Assembly: GCA_965652295.1 (NCBI GenBank)
Contig: CBFGTS010000027.1
Coordinates: forward strand, 1-14,750
Length of the DNA stretch: 14,750 bases
Reading direction: 5' to 3'
Source of the DNA: an uncultured Haloferula sp.
Lineage (GTDB): Bacteria > Verrucomicrobiota > Verrucomicrobiia > Verrucomicrobiales > Akkermansiaceae
Shown here: piece by piece, positions 1 to 8,182 of the stretch
Numbering within the stretch: the stretch's first letter is position 1
Layout: every line of letters starts with the position of its first letter
Translations under genes and position numbers: made by a program
Notes under the pieces: generated by a model
The model's input: the letters and a program-made list of their open reading frames with translations, nothing else
Databases searched by the model: none
Told to the model about the DNA's origin: nothing

Positions 1-55
1 CGGAAGACAGCCGCGGCTGGCCCCTCTGGTCCGAGGTGGGCGGAACATACAAGAG

Positions 56-130
56 ACGGAGATCACGGAGCCGGGAAAGCTCTCATCCTGTCTTTCTCCG
101 TGACCTCCGTAAACCTCCGCTGCTCCGTGA
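56..130. repeat. Imperfect inverted repeat with iterated CTCCG(T) units
   Basis: ACGGAGATCACGGAG (56-70) matches the reverse complement of CTCCGTGACCTCCGT (96-110) at 14/15. CTCCG recurs at 96, 105, 115 and 123. Confidence 0.75.
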
Positions 131-175
131 TTGAAAAAGGCAGCTTCGGACGTGGATGCCTGCATCAACGCTCAT

Positions 176-389
176 CTGCGGGGAAATCGGAAGGCTGTCC
201 TCCCTGGCTTGATCGCCCCGCTCTACAGCGCCTTGTGGATGGCACCGATGGCGAGATCGAGGTGCTCGTTCTCCACACAAAGCTGCGGGGAAATCGGAAG
301 GCTGTCCTCCCTGGCTTGATCGCCCCGCTCTACAGCGCCTTGTGGATGGCACCGATGGCGAGATCGAGGTGCTCGTTCTCCACACAAAG
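176..389. repeat. Exact 107-bp tandem duplication (176-282 = 283-389) covering the last 60 nt of bioA and 47 nt downstream
   Basis: CTGCGGGGAAATCGG...CACACAAAG read directly twice with a period of 107. Confidence 0.95.
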
Positions 390-1571
390 CGGCGGCATCA
401 GGACGAGCGTGTCGCGGATCGGCCGGGTGAGCAGGCCGTGGGCGCGGGCACGCTGGCAGACGCCGGACCCGAGGCCGGCGCGCAGCCCGATGCCGGCGAC
501 GAGGCCGCACTGGCGGACATCGACCACCTCATCGTGCGCGGACTTCAGCTCGGCGAGGAGACCGGCCAGATGATCCATCTTCGCCGGGAGCCGTTCGAGG
601 GTGCGCTCGGTTTCGAAAAGCGACAGACTGGCGAGCGCGGCGGCACAGCCGAGAGGATTGGCGGTGAAACTATGCCCGTAGTAAAAAGCGTTCTCCGGCT
701 CACCGCGGAAGGCGTCGTAAATCCGGGCGGTGGTCAGCGTGGCGGCCAACGGCAGGTAGCCTCCGGTGAGGCCTTTGGCGAGGCAGAGGAAATCCGGAAC
801 CACCTCCTCCCGCTGGCAGGCGAACATCGTGCCGGTGCGGCCGAAGCCGGTCATCACCTCATCAAGGATCAGCAGGACGTTCTGGCGGTCGCACCACGCC
901 CGCAGGTCCCGCAGCATGCCGGCGGGCCACGGCCGCATTTCGTTCACACCCTGGATCAGCGGCTCGATCACCACCGCGTTGACGCCACGGGCATCCAGGG
1001 TTTCCAGCTCCCCGAACGAACGCACGAACCGGACGTCGGGCCCCATGCCACGGAAGCGCTCGAAGAAGCGCGAGACGCCACCGAGCGAGGCCGCCCCGAG
1101 GGTGTCGCCATGATAGGCATCGGCGAAGGCCACGAAGGTCCGCCGCTCCGCCTGCCCGGTCTGCATCCGGAATTGCAGCGACATTTTCATCGCCACCTCG
1201 ATCGCCGTGGAGCCGTTGTCGGAAAAAAACACCCGCTCAAGCGTGCCCGCGGGAAAGAACGCGCAGAGCCTCTCCGCCAACTCGCTGGCCCGCGGGTTGG
1301 CGAAGCCTAGATAGGACGTGTGGGCGACCTGATCGAGCTGCTTCCGGATGGCGGCGTTGATGACCGGATGGGCGTGACCGTGGATGTTGGTCCAGATCGA
1401 GGAGTTGCCGTCGAGGTAGCGCCGGCCCTCGGAATCCCAGAGCCACGGACCCTCGCCGCGGACGATCACCAGCGGTTCGTGCTCCGGATTCGTCCAGGCA
1501 TCCTGAGGGGTGAAAGGGTGCCAGGCATGCCGCTTGTCGGCCTCGATCCACTGCCGCGTGTCCTCGCGCAT
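330..1571 (-). CDS. bioA: Adenosylmethionine-8-amino-7-oxononanoate (DAPA) aminotransferase, class III PLP enzyme
   Basis: Motifs WHPFT, YLDGNSSIWTNIHGH, FFSDNGSTAIEVAMKM, YHGDT, LILDEVMTGFGRTG, PDFLCLAKGLTGGYLPL (PLP Lys), GHSFTANPL. Start set at ATG 1571, which follows TGGCCA-17-GATTCT-6. The longest ORF starts at 1610. Confidence 0.92.
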   Translation of the reverse strand: MREDTRQWIEADKRHAWHPFTPQDAWTNPEHEPLVIVRGEGPWLWDSEGRRYLDGNSSIWTNIHGHAHPVINAAIRKQLDQVAHTSYLGFANPRASELAERLCAFFPAGTLERVFFSDNGSTAIEVAMKMSLQFRMQTGQAERRTFVAFADAYHGDTLGAASLGGVSRFFERFRGMGPDVRFVRSFGELETLDARGVNAVVIEPLIQGVNEMRPWPAGMLRDLRAWCDRQNVLLILDEVMTGFGRTGTMFACQREEVVPDFLCLAKGLTGGYLPLAATLTTARIYDAFRGEPENAFYYGHSFTANPLGCAAALASLSLFETERTLERLPAKMDHLAGLLAELKSAHDEVVDVRQCGLVAGIGLRAGLGSGVCQRARAHGLLTRPIRDTLVLMPPLCVENEHLDLAIGAIHKAL

Positions 1572-1701
1572 GGGAGGAGAATCAGCGGGGCGGAGAGGCA
1601 TGGCCAGCATGGATCCCGGCTACGCGAAAGCGGAATTCCATCCCGACGTGCGAAAGGAGACGATGACAGCGTCACACACGGGGATCCGATCCCCCCGACA
1701 C

Positions 1702-1758
1702 GGAAGCGGCCGGCGGCAAAAAGGGTTTCACCACCCTTGAAACTGCCCGGCCGTTTCC
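1702..1758. terminator. Long stem-loop between the esterase stop and the bioA promoter; probable terminator or structured RNA
   Basis: Outer stem GGAAGCGGCCG/CGGCCGTTTCC, middle stem GGCA/TGCC, inner stem AAGGGT/ACCCTT. On the minus strand the inner hairpin runs into a T5 tract. Confidence 0.5.
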
Positions 1759-1794
1759 CCTTCTGCGGGTGACCTTCGATGCCGCCGTCCGTCC

Positions 1795-2601
1795 TCAGTC
1801 GAGGAAACGCCGGAGGGGCTTGCCGGGGAGCTTTTCGAGAGCTTCGGCCAAGACCTCGGCATTGAGTTTGGCTCCCTCCGCATTGGTGTGGGTGCGGGCA
1901 TCGGCGAAGAGCTTCTCGACCTTCTTCAAGCCCATCCGGTCGTATTTTTTCCCGACGAGCTTGGCGAGGTCCACGAAGTAGGCGTCCTCGGCCTTGGCGC
2001 ACTTTTCGACCCACTCGGCCCATTCTTCCCAGTCACCCTTGTAGTCGCCACGCTGATCGAAATCCTTGTGCGGAACCGGCGAGCAGAGGATGACCGTGGC
2101 CCCCTTCTCCCGCGCCGTGCGGGCGTATTCGCGAAGATACCATCCGTAGGTGTGGACCGTTTCCACCGTGCCATCCGGCTTTTCGACTTCCTCGGTTTCG
2201 TCGCCGATCCCCTTCACCGAGCCCCGGAATTTGCTGCGCGCGTCGGGCGGGCCGACGTCGTTGTGGCCGAACTGGATGATGACGAAGTCACCCTCCTGCA
2301 GCTCGTCGAGGATCGCCTGCCAGCGGCCTTCGGTGAAAAAGGTCCGCGACGACCGACCGCCGATGGCGTGGTTGACGACGTTGATTCTCTTCGGGTCGAA
2401 ATAGCTTCCGATCTCCTGCCCCCAGCCACGCATTTCACCGCGGCTCTTCACCGTGGAATCCCCGGCGATCCATAGCGTCGGCAGCTCGCGCCGGGCGCGG
2501 GCTTCCTTTTTTTCGCCGCGGTCATCGACGATCGGTCGGTCATCCGCCAGCACGGAACCGGCGGCGAGGGCGAGGCAGAGAACAAGGGATAGGCGTTTCA
2601 T
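1795..2601 (-). CDS. Secreted SGNH/GDSL hydrolase, rhamnogalacturonan acetylesterase (CE12)-like
   Basis: Signal peptide MKRLSLVLCLALAAGSVLA. Blocks IAGDST, GWG, NHAIGGRSSRTF, IQFGHND and a C-terminal THTN. Confidence 0.88.
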   Translation of the reverse strand: MKRLSLVLCLALAAGSVLADDRPIVDDRGEKKEARARRELPTLWIAGDSTVKSRGEMRGWGQEIGSYFDPKRINVVNHAIGGRSSRTFFTEGRWQAILDELQEGDFVIIQFGHNDVGPPDARSKFRGSVKGIGDETEEVEKPDGTVETVHTYGWYLREYARTAREKGATVILCSPVPHKDFDQRGDYKGDWEEWAEWVEKCAKAEDAYFVDLAKLVGKKYDRMGLKKVEKLFADARTHTNAEGAKLNAEVLAEALEKLPGKPLRRFLD

Positions 2602-2888
2602 ATCCCGGATGATGCACGCCCACTCCGACCCTGCCGAGTCCCCAAGCGGGTGACTCGGACAGGGGAACGCGCCGGGAAAGACGTTGGGCTCGACAACCCT
2701 CTCCCGACGCGCTGACGGTGCCCAGGAGCTGCTCCACGCACGCAGATCCATCCGCCGAAAAGGTCATGCGACGCCAGCCGGAGTGTCACGGACCCGGATC
2801 GCATCCCTCCATGCAGCCCGCCGCGTGCCAGCACCCCCGTTTCCAGTCGCACCAGGAACAAAAGGAGCGAATGGATCGGACGAATTTG

Positions 2889-2905
2889 GATGAGCCTGGC
2901 TCATC
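2889..2905. promoter_or_regulatory. Perfect 17-bp dyad GATGAGCC-T-GGCTCATC, possible operator
   Basis: 8-bp arms with a 1-nt centre, in the divergent intergenic region about 60 nt upstream of the HAD start. Confidence 0.35.
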
Positions 2906-2967
2906 GCGAAAGCGCTCCGCCCCGAACGGAGCTGGACATTCCGGCACCGCCGGGCGATGCCGCCGGC

Positions 2968-3609
2968 ATGAGATTCCGAGCGGTCCTGTTCGATTTCGAT
3001 GGCATCGTGGTCGATACCGAGTGGGCGATCTACCAAGCCTGGCTGCGGACTTTCCAGCGCCACGGCCACGACCTCCCGCTGGCCACCTACGTGCGCTGCG
3101 TCGGTTCGGATTTCGACACCTGGTCGCCGAAGACGCACCTGGAAGACCTCACCGGCGGCAGCTTCGACTGGCACCAGCTCGACGAGAGCCGCCAGGTGGA
3201 AATCCGCCGCGATCTCGAACTCGCCGGCGCGATGCCCGGGGTCACCCACCTCCTCGCCCGGCTGCGGCATGAGGGCGTGAAACGGGCGGTGGTTTCCTCC
3301 TCCTCGCATCACTGGGTCGACGGATGGCTGGAAAAACTCGGGCTCATGAACGAGTTCGACACCGTCGTCTGCCGCGGCGACGCCCCGCGCATCAAGCCCG
3401 CGCCCGACCTCTGGCAGGAGGCCCTGCACCGCCTCGGAGAAAGCCCGGAAGACTGCCTCGCCATCGAGGATTCCCTCAACGGCGTCCACTCCGCGAAAGC
3501 CGCCGGCCTCACGGTGTGGGCGATCCCGAACCGCACCACCGCCACCATCAACTTCGCCGAAGCTGATCGGGTTTTCAGCTCCATGGACGAGGCCGCCGGG
3601 GAAATGTGA
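2968..3609 (+). CDS. HAD-IA family hydrolase (beta-phosphoglucomutase/CbbY-like phosphatase)
   Basis: Motif I FDFDGIVVDTE, motif II VVSSS, motif III KPAPD, motif IV IEDSLNGVHSAKAAG. Confidence 0.9.
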   Translation: MRFRAVLFDFDGIVVDTEWAIYQAWLRTFQRHGHDLPLATYVRCVGSDFDTWSPKTHLEDLTGGSFDWHQLDESRQVEIRRDLELAGAMPGVTHLLARLRHEGVKRAVVSSSSHHWVDGWLEKLGLMNEFDTVVCRGDAPRIKPAPDLWQEALHRLGESPEDCLAIEDSLNGVHSAKAAGLTVWAIPNRTTATINFAEADRVFSSMDEAAGEM

Positions 3610-3670
3610 CAATTTGTTGACGACGCGTTCCCTGCTTGTGTGACGAGATCGTCACCCGGAACATGTCTCC

Positions 3671-3769
3671 GTGAACGAGACCGACAGCTTTTCGAATCTG
3701 GTGGTAGCGCTTGTGGTGACCATCTGCGCGGCGGCAATCATCGCCTACGTCCGCGTGCTCTTCGGATAG
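3671..3769 (+). CDS. Putative 32-aa single-pass membrane peptide MNETDSFSNLVVALVVTICAAAIIAYVRVLFG
   Basis: GTG...TAG frame filling the intergenic gap, with one hydrophobic stretch followed by Arg. It is below the ORF-track size cutoff. Confidence 0.45.
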   Translation: MNETDSFSNLVVALVVTICAAAIIAYVRVLFG

Positions 3770-3784
3770 GGTGCCTCCGCAAGC

Positions 3785-3813
3785 TTGCGGCTGCGCCGGA
3801 GCGCCCGCATCCT
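3785..3813 (+). promoter_or_regulatory. Sigma70-type promoter, probably leaderless
   Basis: TTGCGG-17-CATCCT, then 7 nt to GTG 3821. No SD. Confidence 0.5.
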
Positions 3814-3820
3814 GCCGCGC

Positions 3821-4009
3821 GTGAGACTCAAGGATTTCCACCAGATGGACCCGCACCTCCTCGTCGGCTTGGTGAACACCGAGCTGCGCAACCACGCCGA
3901 GGATCTGGATGATCTGGTCAAGACCCACGGCATCGATCAGGACGCACTCCTCTCGCGACTCGCCGAAGCCGGATACGAATACCGCACGGAGCAGAAGCAG
4001 TTCCGCTAA
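3821..4009 (+). CDS. DUF4250-like small protein
   Basis: MDPHLLVGLVNTELRN..DLDDL....ID...L..RL..AGYEY...QKQFR matches the DUF4250 pattern as I recall it. GTG start follows the promoter motif; ATG 3845 is an alternative. Confidence 0.8.
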   Translation: MRLKDFHQMDPHLLVGLVNTELRNHAEDLDDLVKTHGIDQDALLSRLAEAGYEYRTEQKQFR

Positions 4010-4018
4010 GTGGGACCG

Positions 4019-4037
4019 GCCCCGGACGCCGGGGTTT
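4019..4037. terminator. Hairpin between convergent genes
   Basis: CCCCGG-ACG-CCGGGG followed by TTT, 10 nt after the DUF4250 stop. Confidence 0.45.
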
Positions 4038-4061
4038 CGCGATCTCTCGTCGCCCACAGGA

Positions 4062-4700
4062 TCACTCGTCCTCGTCCTTCAAATAAGCCGCCATCTCGCC
4101 GTCGCCGAGATACATCAGAAGAATCGCGCCCTCCGTCGAGACGGCCTCGAAGAGATCCATCATCATCTTTTCCTCGCCCGGCCAGGGGAACACGTAGAAC
4201 AGGTCCACCTCGCTCGGGTCGAGGCCGTCGTATTCCGGATGAGGAAAGAAAGCATCCGGATCGCGAGGCCGGTCCGGCACCATCAGGCAACGCTGGCCGA
4301 CCCCTTCGAAGCTGTCGAAGCCCTCGGGAAAATAGCTGATGTTGAGGATCTCCACCGTCAGCCCGAAGTCTTCCGCCAACTGGGCGGCGCGGTCCGCCAG
4401 CTCCGGTACCAGCTCGATCCCATACGCCTCGAATCCATCGAGCGCGGCGATCGAGGCCGCCGCGCCAAAACCACAGCCCCACTCGCAGAACCGGCTGCCG
4501 CGCAACAGCTTCTCCTTCTTCAAGCGCGCCAATGCCGAGTGGAAGACCACCGGATCGCTCGGCACGTAGCGGGAGAATTTTTTCCCCAGCCCGGCCTCGA
4601 AAAACGCCTCGTCCCGCAGGTCCACCTCGCGGATCAGATCGTCCACGCGCTCCGGGAGATCGGGCGGGTCGAGCGCAAGCGTAAGTTCCAGCAGGGCCAT
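4062..4700 (-). CDS. Class I SAM-dependent methyltransferase-like protein, substrate unknown
   Basis: Motif I FCEWGCGFG, acidic end of beta2 in AYGIELVPEL, later DLFYVFPWP. Alternative start at 4712. Confidence 0.7.
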   Translation of the reverse strand: MALLELTLALDPPDLPERVDDLIREVDLRDEAFFEAGLGKKFSRYVPSDPVVFHSALARLKKEKLLRGSRFCEWGCGFGAAASIAALDGFEAYGIELVPELADRAAQLAEDFGLTVEILNISYFPEGFDSFEGVGQRCLMVPDRPRDPDAFFPHPEYDGLDPSEVDLFYVFPWPGEEKMMMDLFEAVSTEGAILLMYLGDGEMAAYLKDEDE

Positions 4701-4764
4701 GAAGGCAGGCATCCTGAGCCGCCGCCGCGCGGTCTGCCGAGGGCAAAATCCACCCTCGCCCGGC

Positions 4765-5892
4765 TCAGGACAGACGATTGATCAGCCAGGAAATAAGGAG
4801 AACCTGCGGCGTGGTGATGAGCGGAAGGGCGAAGGTCGCCTTCCACGATTTCGTCGTTTCCCGCAACGCGAGGATCTCGGTGTAATCGGTTGCGGCCCCG
4901 GCCATCAGGAAGGTGAAGGCGTTGCCCGGCGCGCCGGCACGGTTGAGGAGATCGGCGGCGATCGGGCTGGAGCCCTCCGAACAGACCTCGATGACGGTGG
5001 TCGCAGCGAGCGTGAGCAGCAAACCGAGCAGGGTGGGCCCGAAGAAATTGGAGAAGACATCATCCGGCACGAACGCGCGGATCGCCGCGGCCATGACGAT
5101 GCCGAAGAAAATCCAGCGCAGGATCATCTTCGATTCCACCAGCCCGTCGCGGACCATCCGGCGCAGATTTCCACCACCGGGACGGATGTTTTTCCCCACC
5201 TCGCGCAGGCCGTCGCGGAGGCGGAAATGGTCGGCCAGCTCGATGCGGTGCGGGTTTTCCGGAAGGACGCCGCGCTTCACGAGAAAGTCCGCGAAGCGCC
5301 CGCTGATGATCCCGATGACCATCGAAAGCCCGATGAAAGCGAACGTCCATTTCAGCCCGATGAGGCCGATCAGGATGAGCGTCAGGGAAAGCGAATTCCA
5401 CGGGCTGGACACCAGGAAGGCGATCGTCTGGCCAAGCGACGCGCCCTTCCGATAAAGCTGCATGCCGACCATCAGGATGCCGTGGTTGCAGAGGTCGAGC
5501 AGCGTCCCTGCCAGCGTCGCGCGGACGATCCCGCCGATCGTGCCGCCGCGGCCGATGAGCTTGGCAACGACCTCCTTCGGCACCTGGCCGAGCACCCCGA
5601 CCGCCGCGATCCCGACGAGGATGCCCCACCAGGCCTTCGACATCAGTTCCCACGAGCCGTGGGCGAAGGTCCGCCACCAGCCGGGGCCGGCGGCGATGAA
5701 ATGCCCGGCAATCCCCGCCACCACGATGGCCAGCGATCCCCACAGCAGCCAGTCGATGCGGCCGCCACCCCCGCAGCAGGAGGATGCCTCCTCGTTGGCT
5801 CCGCAGCAGGAAACGGTTTCAGCCTCCGGCTTTGTCGCACCGCAGCAGCCGGGTTCCGGCTCCGGCTTCTTTCCGCTACAGCAATCGCTCAT
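4765..5892 (-). CDS. ArsP/DUF318-family permease with Cys-Cys-rich N-terminal tail
   Basis: Multiple TM segments in two homologous halves carrying LDLCNHG and EVCSEG, plus [15 protein letters not shown] and [14 protein letters not shown]. The N-terminus has four CC pairs. Confidence 0.8.
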   Translation of the reverse strand: MSDCCSGKKPEPEPGCCGATKPEAETVSCCGANEEASSCCGGGGRIDWLLWGSLAIVVAGIAGHFIAAGPGWWRTFAHGSWELMSKAWWGILVGIAAVGVLGQVPKEVVAKLIGRGGTIGGIVRATLAGTLLDLCNHGILMVGMQLYRKGASLGQTIAFLVSSPWNSLSLTLILIGLIGLKWTFAFIGLSMVIGIISGRFADFLVKRGVLPENPHRIELADHFRLRDGLREVGKNIRPGGGNLRRMVRDGLVESKMILRWIFFGIVMAAAIRAFVPDDVFSNFFGPTLLGLLLTLAATTVIEVCSEGSSPIAADLLNRAGAPGNAFTFLMAGAATDYTEILALRETTKSWKATFALPLITTPQVLLISWLINRLS

Positions 5893-5994
5893 GGCCGGCA
5901 CACCATCCGCCACACCCCTCGCTGCGACAAGACGGGATCCCGCCAGCCTTCACCCTTGCATTCAGCGCGGGGCTGGCGTTCGCTCCGCGCCGCG

Positions 5995-7132
5995 ATGGCT
6001 GAAATCCGTACCTTCGACCTCACGACGCTCGATACCGAGGCGCTTCGCAAGCGCATCGCCGAGCTCGGGAGGTATCTTTGACGTCCCGAAACTCGAACGC
6101 GAGCTCACCACCATTGAGGAAGCGATGGGCGCGCCCGATTTCTGGGACAATCCCGACCGCGCCCGTGGAATGAACACCAAGGCCGCGGGCCTGAAGAAAA
6201 AGGTCGAGACCTACCAGAAGCTCCAGGGCGGGCTCGACGACGTGCTCGCCGCCATCGAGCTGGCCAAGGAATTCGACGATTCCGACTCGGCCGCGGAGGC
6301 CGTCAGCCAGGCCGAGCAGCTTGAGAAAGACATCTCCTCCTTCGAGCTGGTCACGCTGCTCGACAAGCCGAACGACGCCGCCAACTGCTATCTCCAGATC
6401 CAGGCGGGCGCCGGCGGCACCGAGGCCTGCGACTGGGCCCAGATGCTGCAGCGCATGTATGTCCGCTGGGCGGAGCGGAAAGGTTTCACCTGCGAAACGA
6501 TCGATTGGGAAGAGGGTGACGAAGCCGGCCTGCGCTCGGTGACGGTCAAGATCACCGGTGAGAACGCCTACGGTTTCCTCAAGAACGAGCGCGGCGTCCA
6601 CCGCCTCGTCCGCATCTCGCCGTTCGACTCGGCGGGCAAACGACACACCTCGTTTTCCTCCGTCGATGCCACTCCGGAGGTGAACGACGAGATCAAGATC
6701 GAGATCGCCGACAAGGACGTCGAGATCACCACCGCGCGCTCCGGCGGCAAGGGCGGCCAGAACGTCAACAAGGTGGAAACCGCCGTGCTGCTGCGCCACC
6801 TTCCCAGCGGCATCCTGATCAAATCCACCGCCGCGCGGACGCAGGGGGCCAACAAGGAACTCGCCTTCCAAATCCTCAAGGCCAAGCTTCTTCAGATCGA
6901 GGAGGACAAGCGCGCCGCCGCCGCCGAGCAAGCGTACGGCGAAAAGGGCGAGATCGCCTGGGGAAACCAGATCCGCTCCTACGTTTTCCAGCCCTACCAG
7001 AAGGTCCTCGACCTCCGCACCGGCGAAGAAAGTGGCAACATCCAGGCCATCATGGATGGCGAGATCGATGCCTTCATCGAAGCCAAGCTCCGCGGAAAAG
7101 TCCGGGTGAAAGGCGCGAAGGACGAGGATTGA
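5995..7132 (+). CDS. prfB: Peptide chain release factor 2, expressed via +1 programmed frameshift (join 5995-6078, 6080-7132; 378 aa)
   Basis: 28-codon ORF ending ...GRYL, then GGGAGG TAT CTT TGA C. The +1 frame carries [23 protein letters not shown] (SPF), [16 protein letters not shown] (GGQ) and WGNQIRSYV. Confidence 0.97.
6067..6082 (+). promoter_or_regulatory. prfB +1 frameshift cassette
   Basis: Internal SD GGGAGG (6067-6072), 3-nt spacer TAT, slippery CTT-TGA-C (6076-6082). Confidence 0.95.
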
Positions 7133-7133
7133 T

Positions 7134-7162
7134 TTCCGGAGCAGCGGCATTCCTGCCGCTGG
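7134..7162 (+). repeat. REP-like palindrome copy 1 (GGAG-CAGCGGCA-TTCC-TGCCGCTG); may double as the prfB terminator
   Basis: Perfect 8-bp stem, 4-nt loop, GGAG foot. 27/29 identical to 13668-13696. Confidence 0.7.
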
Positions 7163-7251
7163 TTCTCGTTCGGCGGACCGGGCCATCGACAAGAATGTCG
7201 ATGCTCCGAAAAACCTCGGGGCCTTGCCGCCGATCCGTCGGCAGCCATCAA

Positions 7252-7905
7252 ATGAACTCCAGCGAACCTGACCTGCCCGCTCCCTCTGCCTCCGCCGAAC
7301 AACTGAAGTTCGAGCGATCCCTGAAACGCCGGGCGGGCTGCCAGCGTCAGGCGATGATCATGGTTGCGATATGGATTCTCGCATGGGGTGGCCTGGTAGC
7401 GGAAGACCTGATCACCCACACGATGGCCTCCGGAGGTTGGTGGTCCGCCGTGTGGCTCGATCTCATCTTCTCGCCCTTCTTGACCGTGCCCCTTCTGATG
7501 CTCGCTTTGATCGGCAGGCTGCTGGGATCTCTTCGCTTCTTTCGAAGCTACCGTTACCACCTGACCATGGCTCTTCCAACGATGGCGATGGCGGCGATGC
7601 TGATGAACAGCCTGCTCATCCGCCTGCAGCCCGAGCGCCGATTCGAGAAGCTGGTGGAAACCCCGATTCCAACGGCGGTGGAACTTGTCGGCTATGAGTC
7701 GGTTCACTGCGGGCTGGATTCGACGGTCCAATTTCACTTTCGAGGTGACAACACGGCTCTCGACGAGCTGATCGAGGTGCTGGATTTCTCGAAAAAGTCT
7801 GAGCGGGGCCCTGAGAGTTACTCCACCGATCGCAATGGCTGTTTGGTCACTCTGGACGTTGACCGCACAGCCGGCTCAGCGGATCTGCATTTCTCGTGGT
7901 ACTAG
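7252..7905 (+). CDS. Hypothetical membrane protein (about 3 TM helices plus a soluble C-terminal domain)
   Basis: Long ORF with three hydrophobic segments. Start is uncertain; ATG 7252 chosen. Codon usage is visibly less GC3-biased than prfB. Confidence 0.6.
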   Translation: MNSSEPDLPAPSASAEQLKFERSLKRRAGCQRQAMIMVAIWILAWGGLVAEDLITHTMASGGWWSAVWLDLIFSPFLTVPLLMLALIGRLLGSLRFFRSYRYHLTMALPTMAMAAMLMNSLLIRLQPERRFEKLVETPIPTAVELVGYESVHCGLDSTVQFHFRGDNTALDELIEVLDFSKKSERGPESYSTDRNGCLVTLDVDRTAGSADLHFSWY

Positions 7906-7935
7906 TGTGTGGTGATCGCGAAATAACTGGGCGAA

Positions 7936-8133
7936 ATGCGCGAGGGATTTTTCCCCAGATCAAGGCGCGACGAGGGAGCGGTAGGCATTCCCCCGCGGAT
8001 CGAGGATCCCGCGGAGGCGTGGGCCGTGTTCGAGGAAATCCTGAAACGTGGCCGCGAGTTCTACCCTGACCAAGATGAAGCTTCACCCCGACGTTCGCGA
8101 GTTTGTCGAATTGTGCCTCTCGCGGAGAGTTGA
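7936..8133 (+). CDS. Small hypothetical protein, possibly a degenerate partner of a nucleotidyltransferase
   Basis: C-terminal ...EAWAVFEEILKRGREFYPDQDEASPRRSRVCRIVPLAES overlaps a downstream MKLHPD start, an arrangement I recall from small-protein/NTase pairs. Confidence 0.35.
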   Translation: MREGFFPRSRRDEGAVGIPPRIEDPAEAWAVFEEILKRGREFYPDQDEASPRRSRVCRIVPLAES

Positions 8134-8134
8134 G
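8075..8134 (+). pseudogene. Probable N-terminal fragment of a nucleotidyltransferase (DUF6036-like)
   Basis: MKLHPDVREFVELCLSRRVE resembles the N-terminus of these NTases, but the expected [YF]xxVGG.A...HG continuation is absent. Confidence 0.45.
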
Positions 8135-8153
8135 CGGGGCCCGTGTCGCTGGC

Positions 8154-8182
8154 TTGCATGCCGGAATGTGACGTCCCATCCT
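8154..8182 (+). promoter_or_regulatory. Sigma70-type promoter, probably leaderless
   Basis: TTGCAT-17-CATCCT, then 6 nt to ATG 8189. Confidence 0.5.

Noticed and set aside
176..389. Possible CRISPR array or att-bounded island
   Set aside because: Two abutting copies with no spacers, no intervening cargo and no integrase or cas gene in the window.
83..573. Several 60-160 aa ORFs over the duplication
   Set aside because: They are products of the 107-bp duplication and bioA shadow frames, with no independent motifs.
2815..2830. Sigma54-like TGGCACG-N4-GGGC on the minus strand and ORF 2598-2861
   Set aside because: The -12 element is poor (GGGC rather than TTGC) and the ORF is Arg/Gly/Ser-rich with no recognisable family.
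4699..5994. 460-aa + strand ORF and the N-terminal part of the 556-aa ORF (5462-)
   Set aside because: Antisense shadows of the permease in GC-rich DNA. Only the portions from 5995 onward belong to prfB.
6020..7192. Long antisense ORFs opposite prfB (and likewise opposite bioA, AIM24, Nudix and HAD)
   Set aside because: Expected from strong GC3 bias. The sense-strand proteins carry the conserved motifs.
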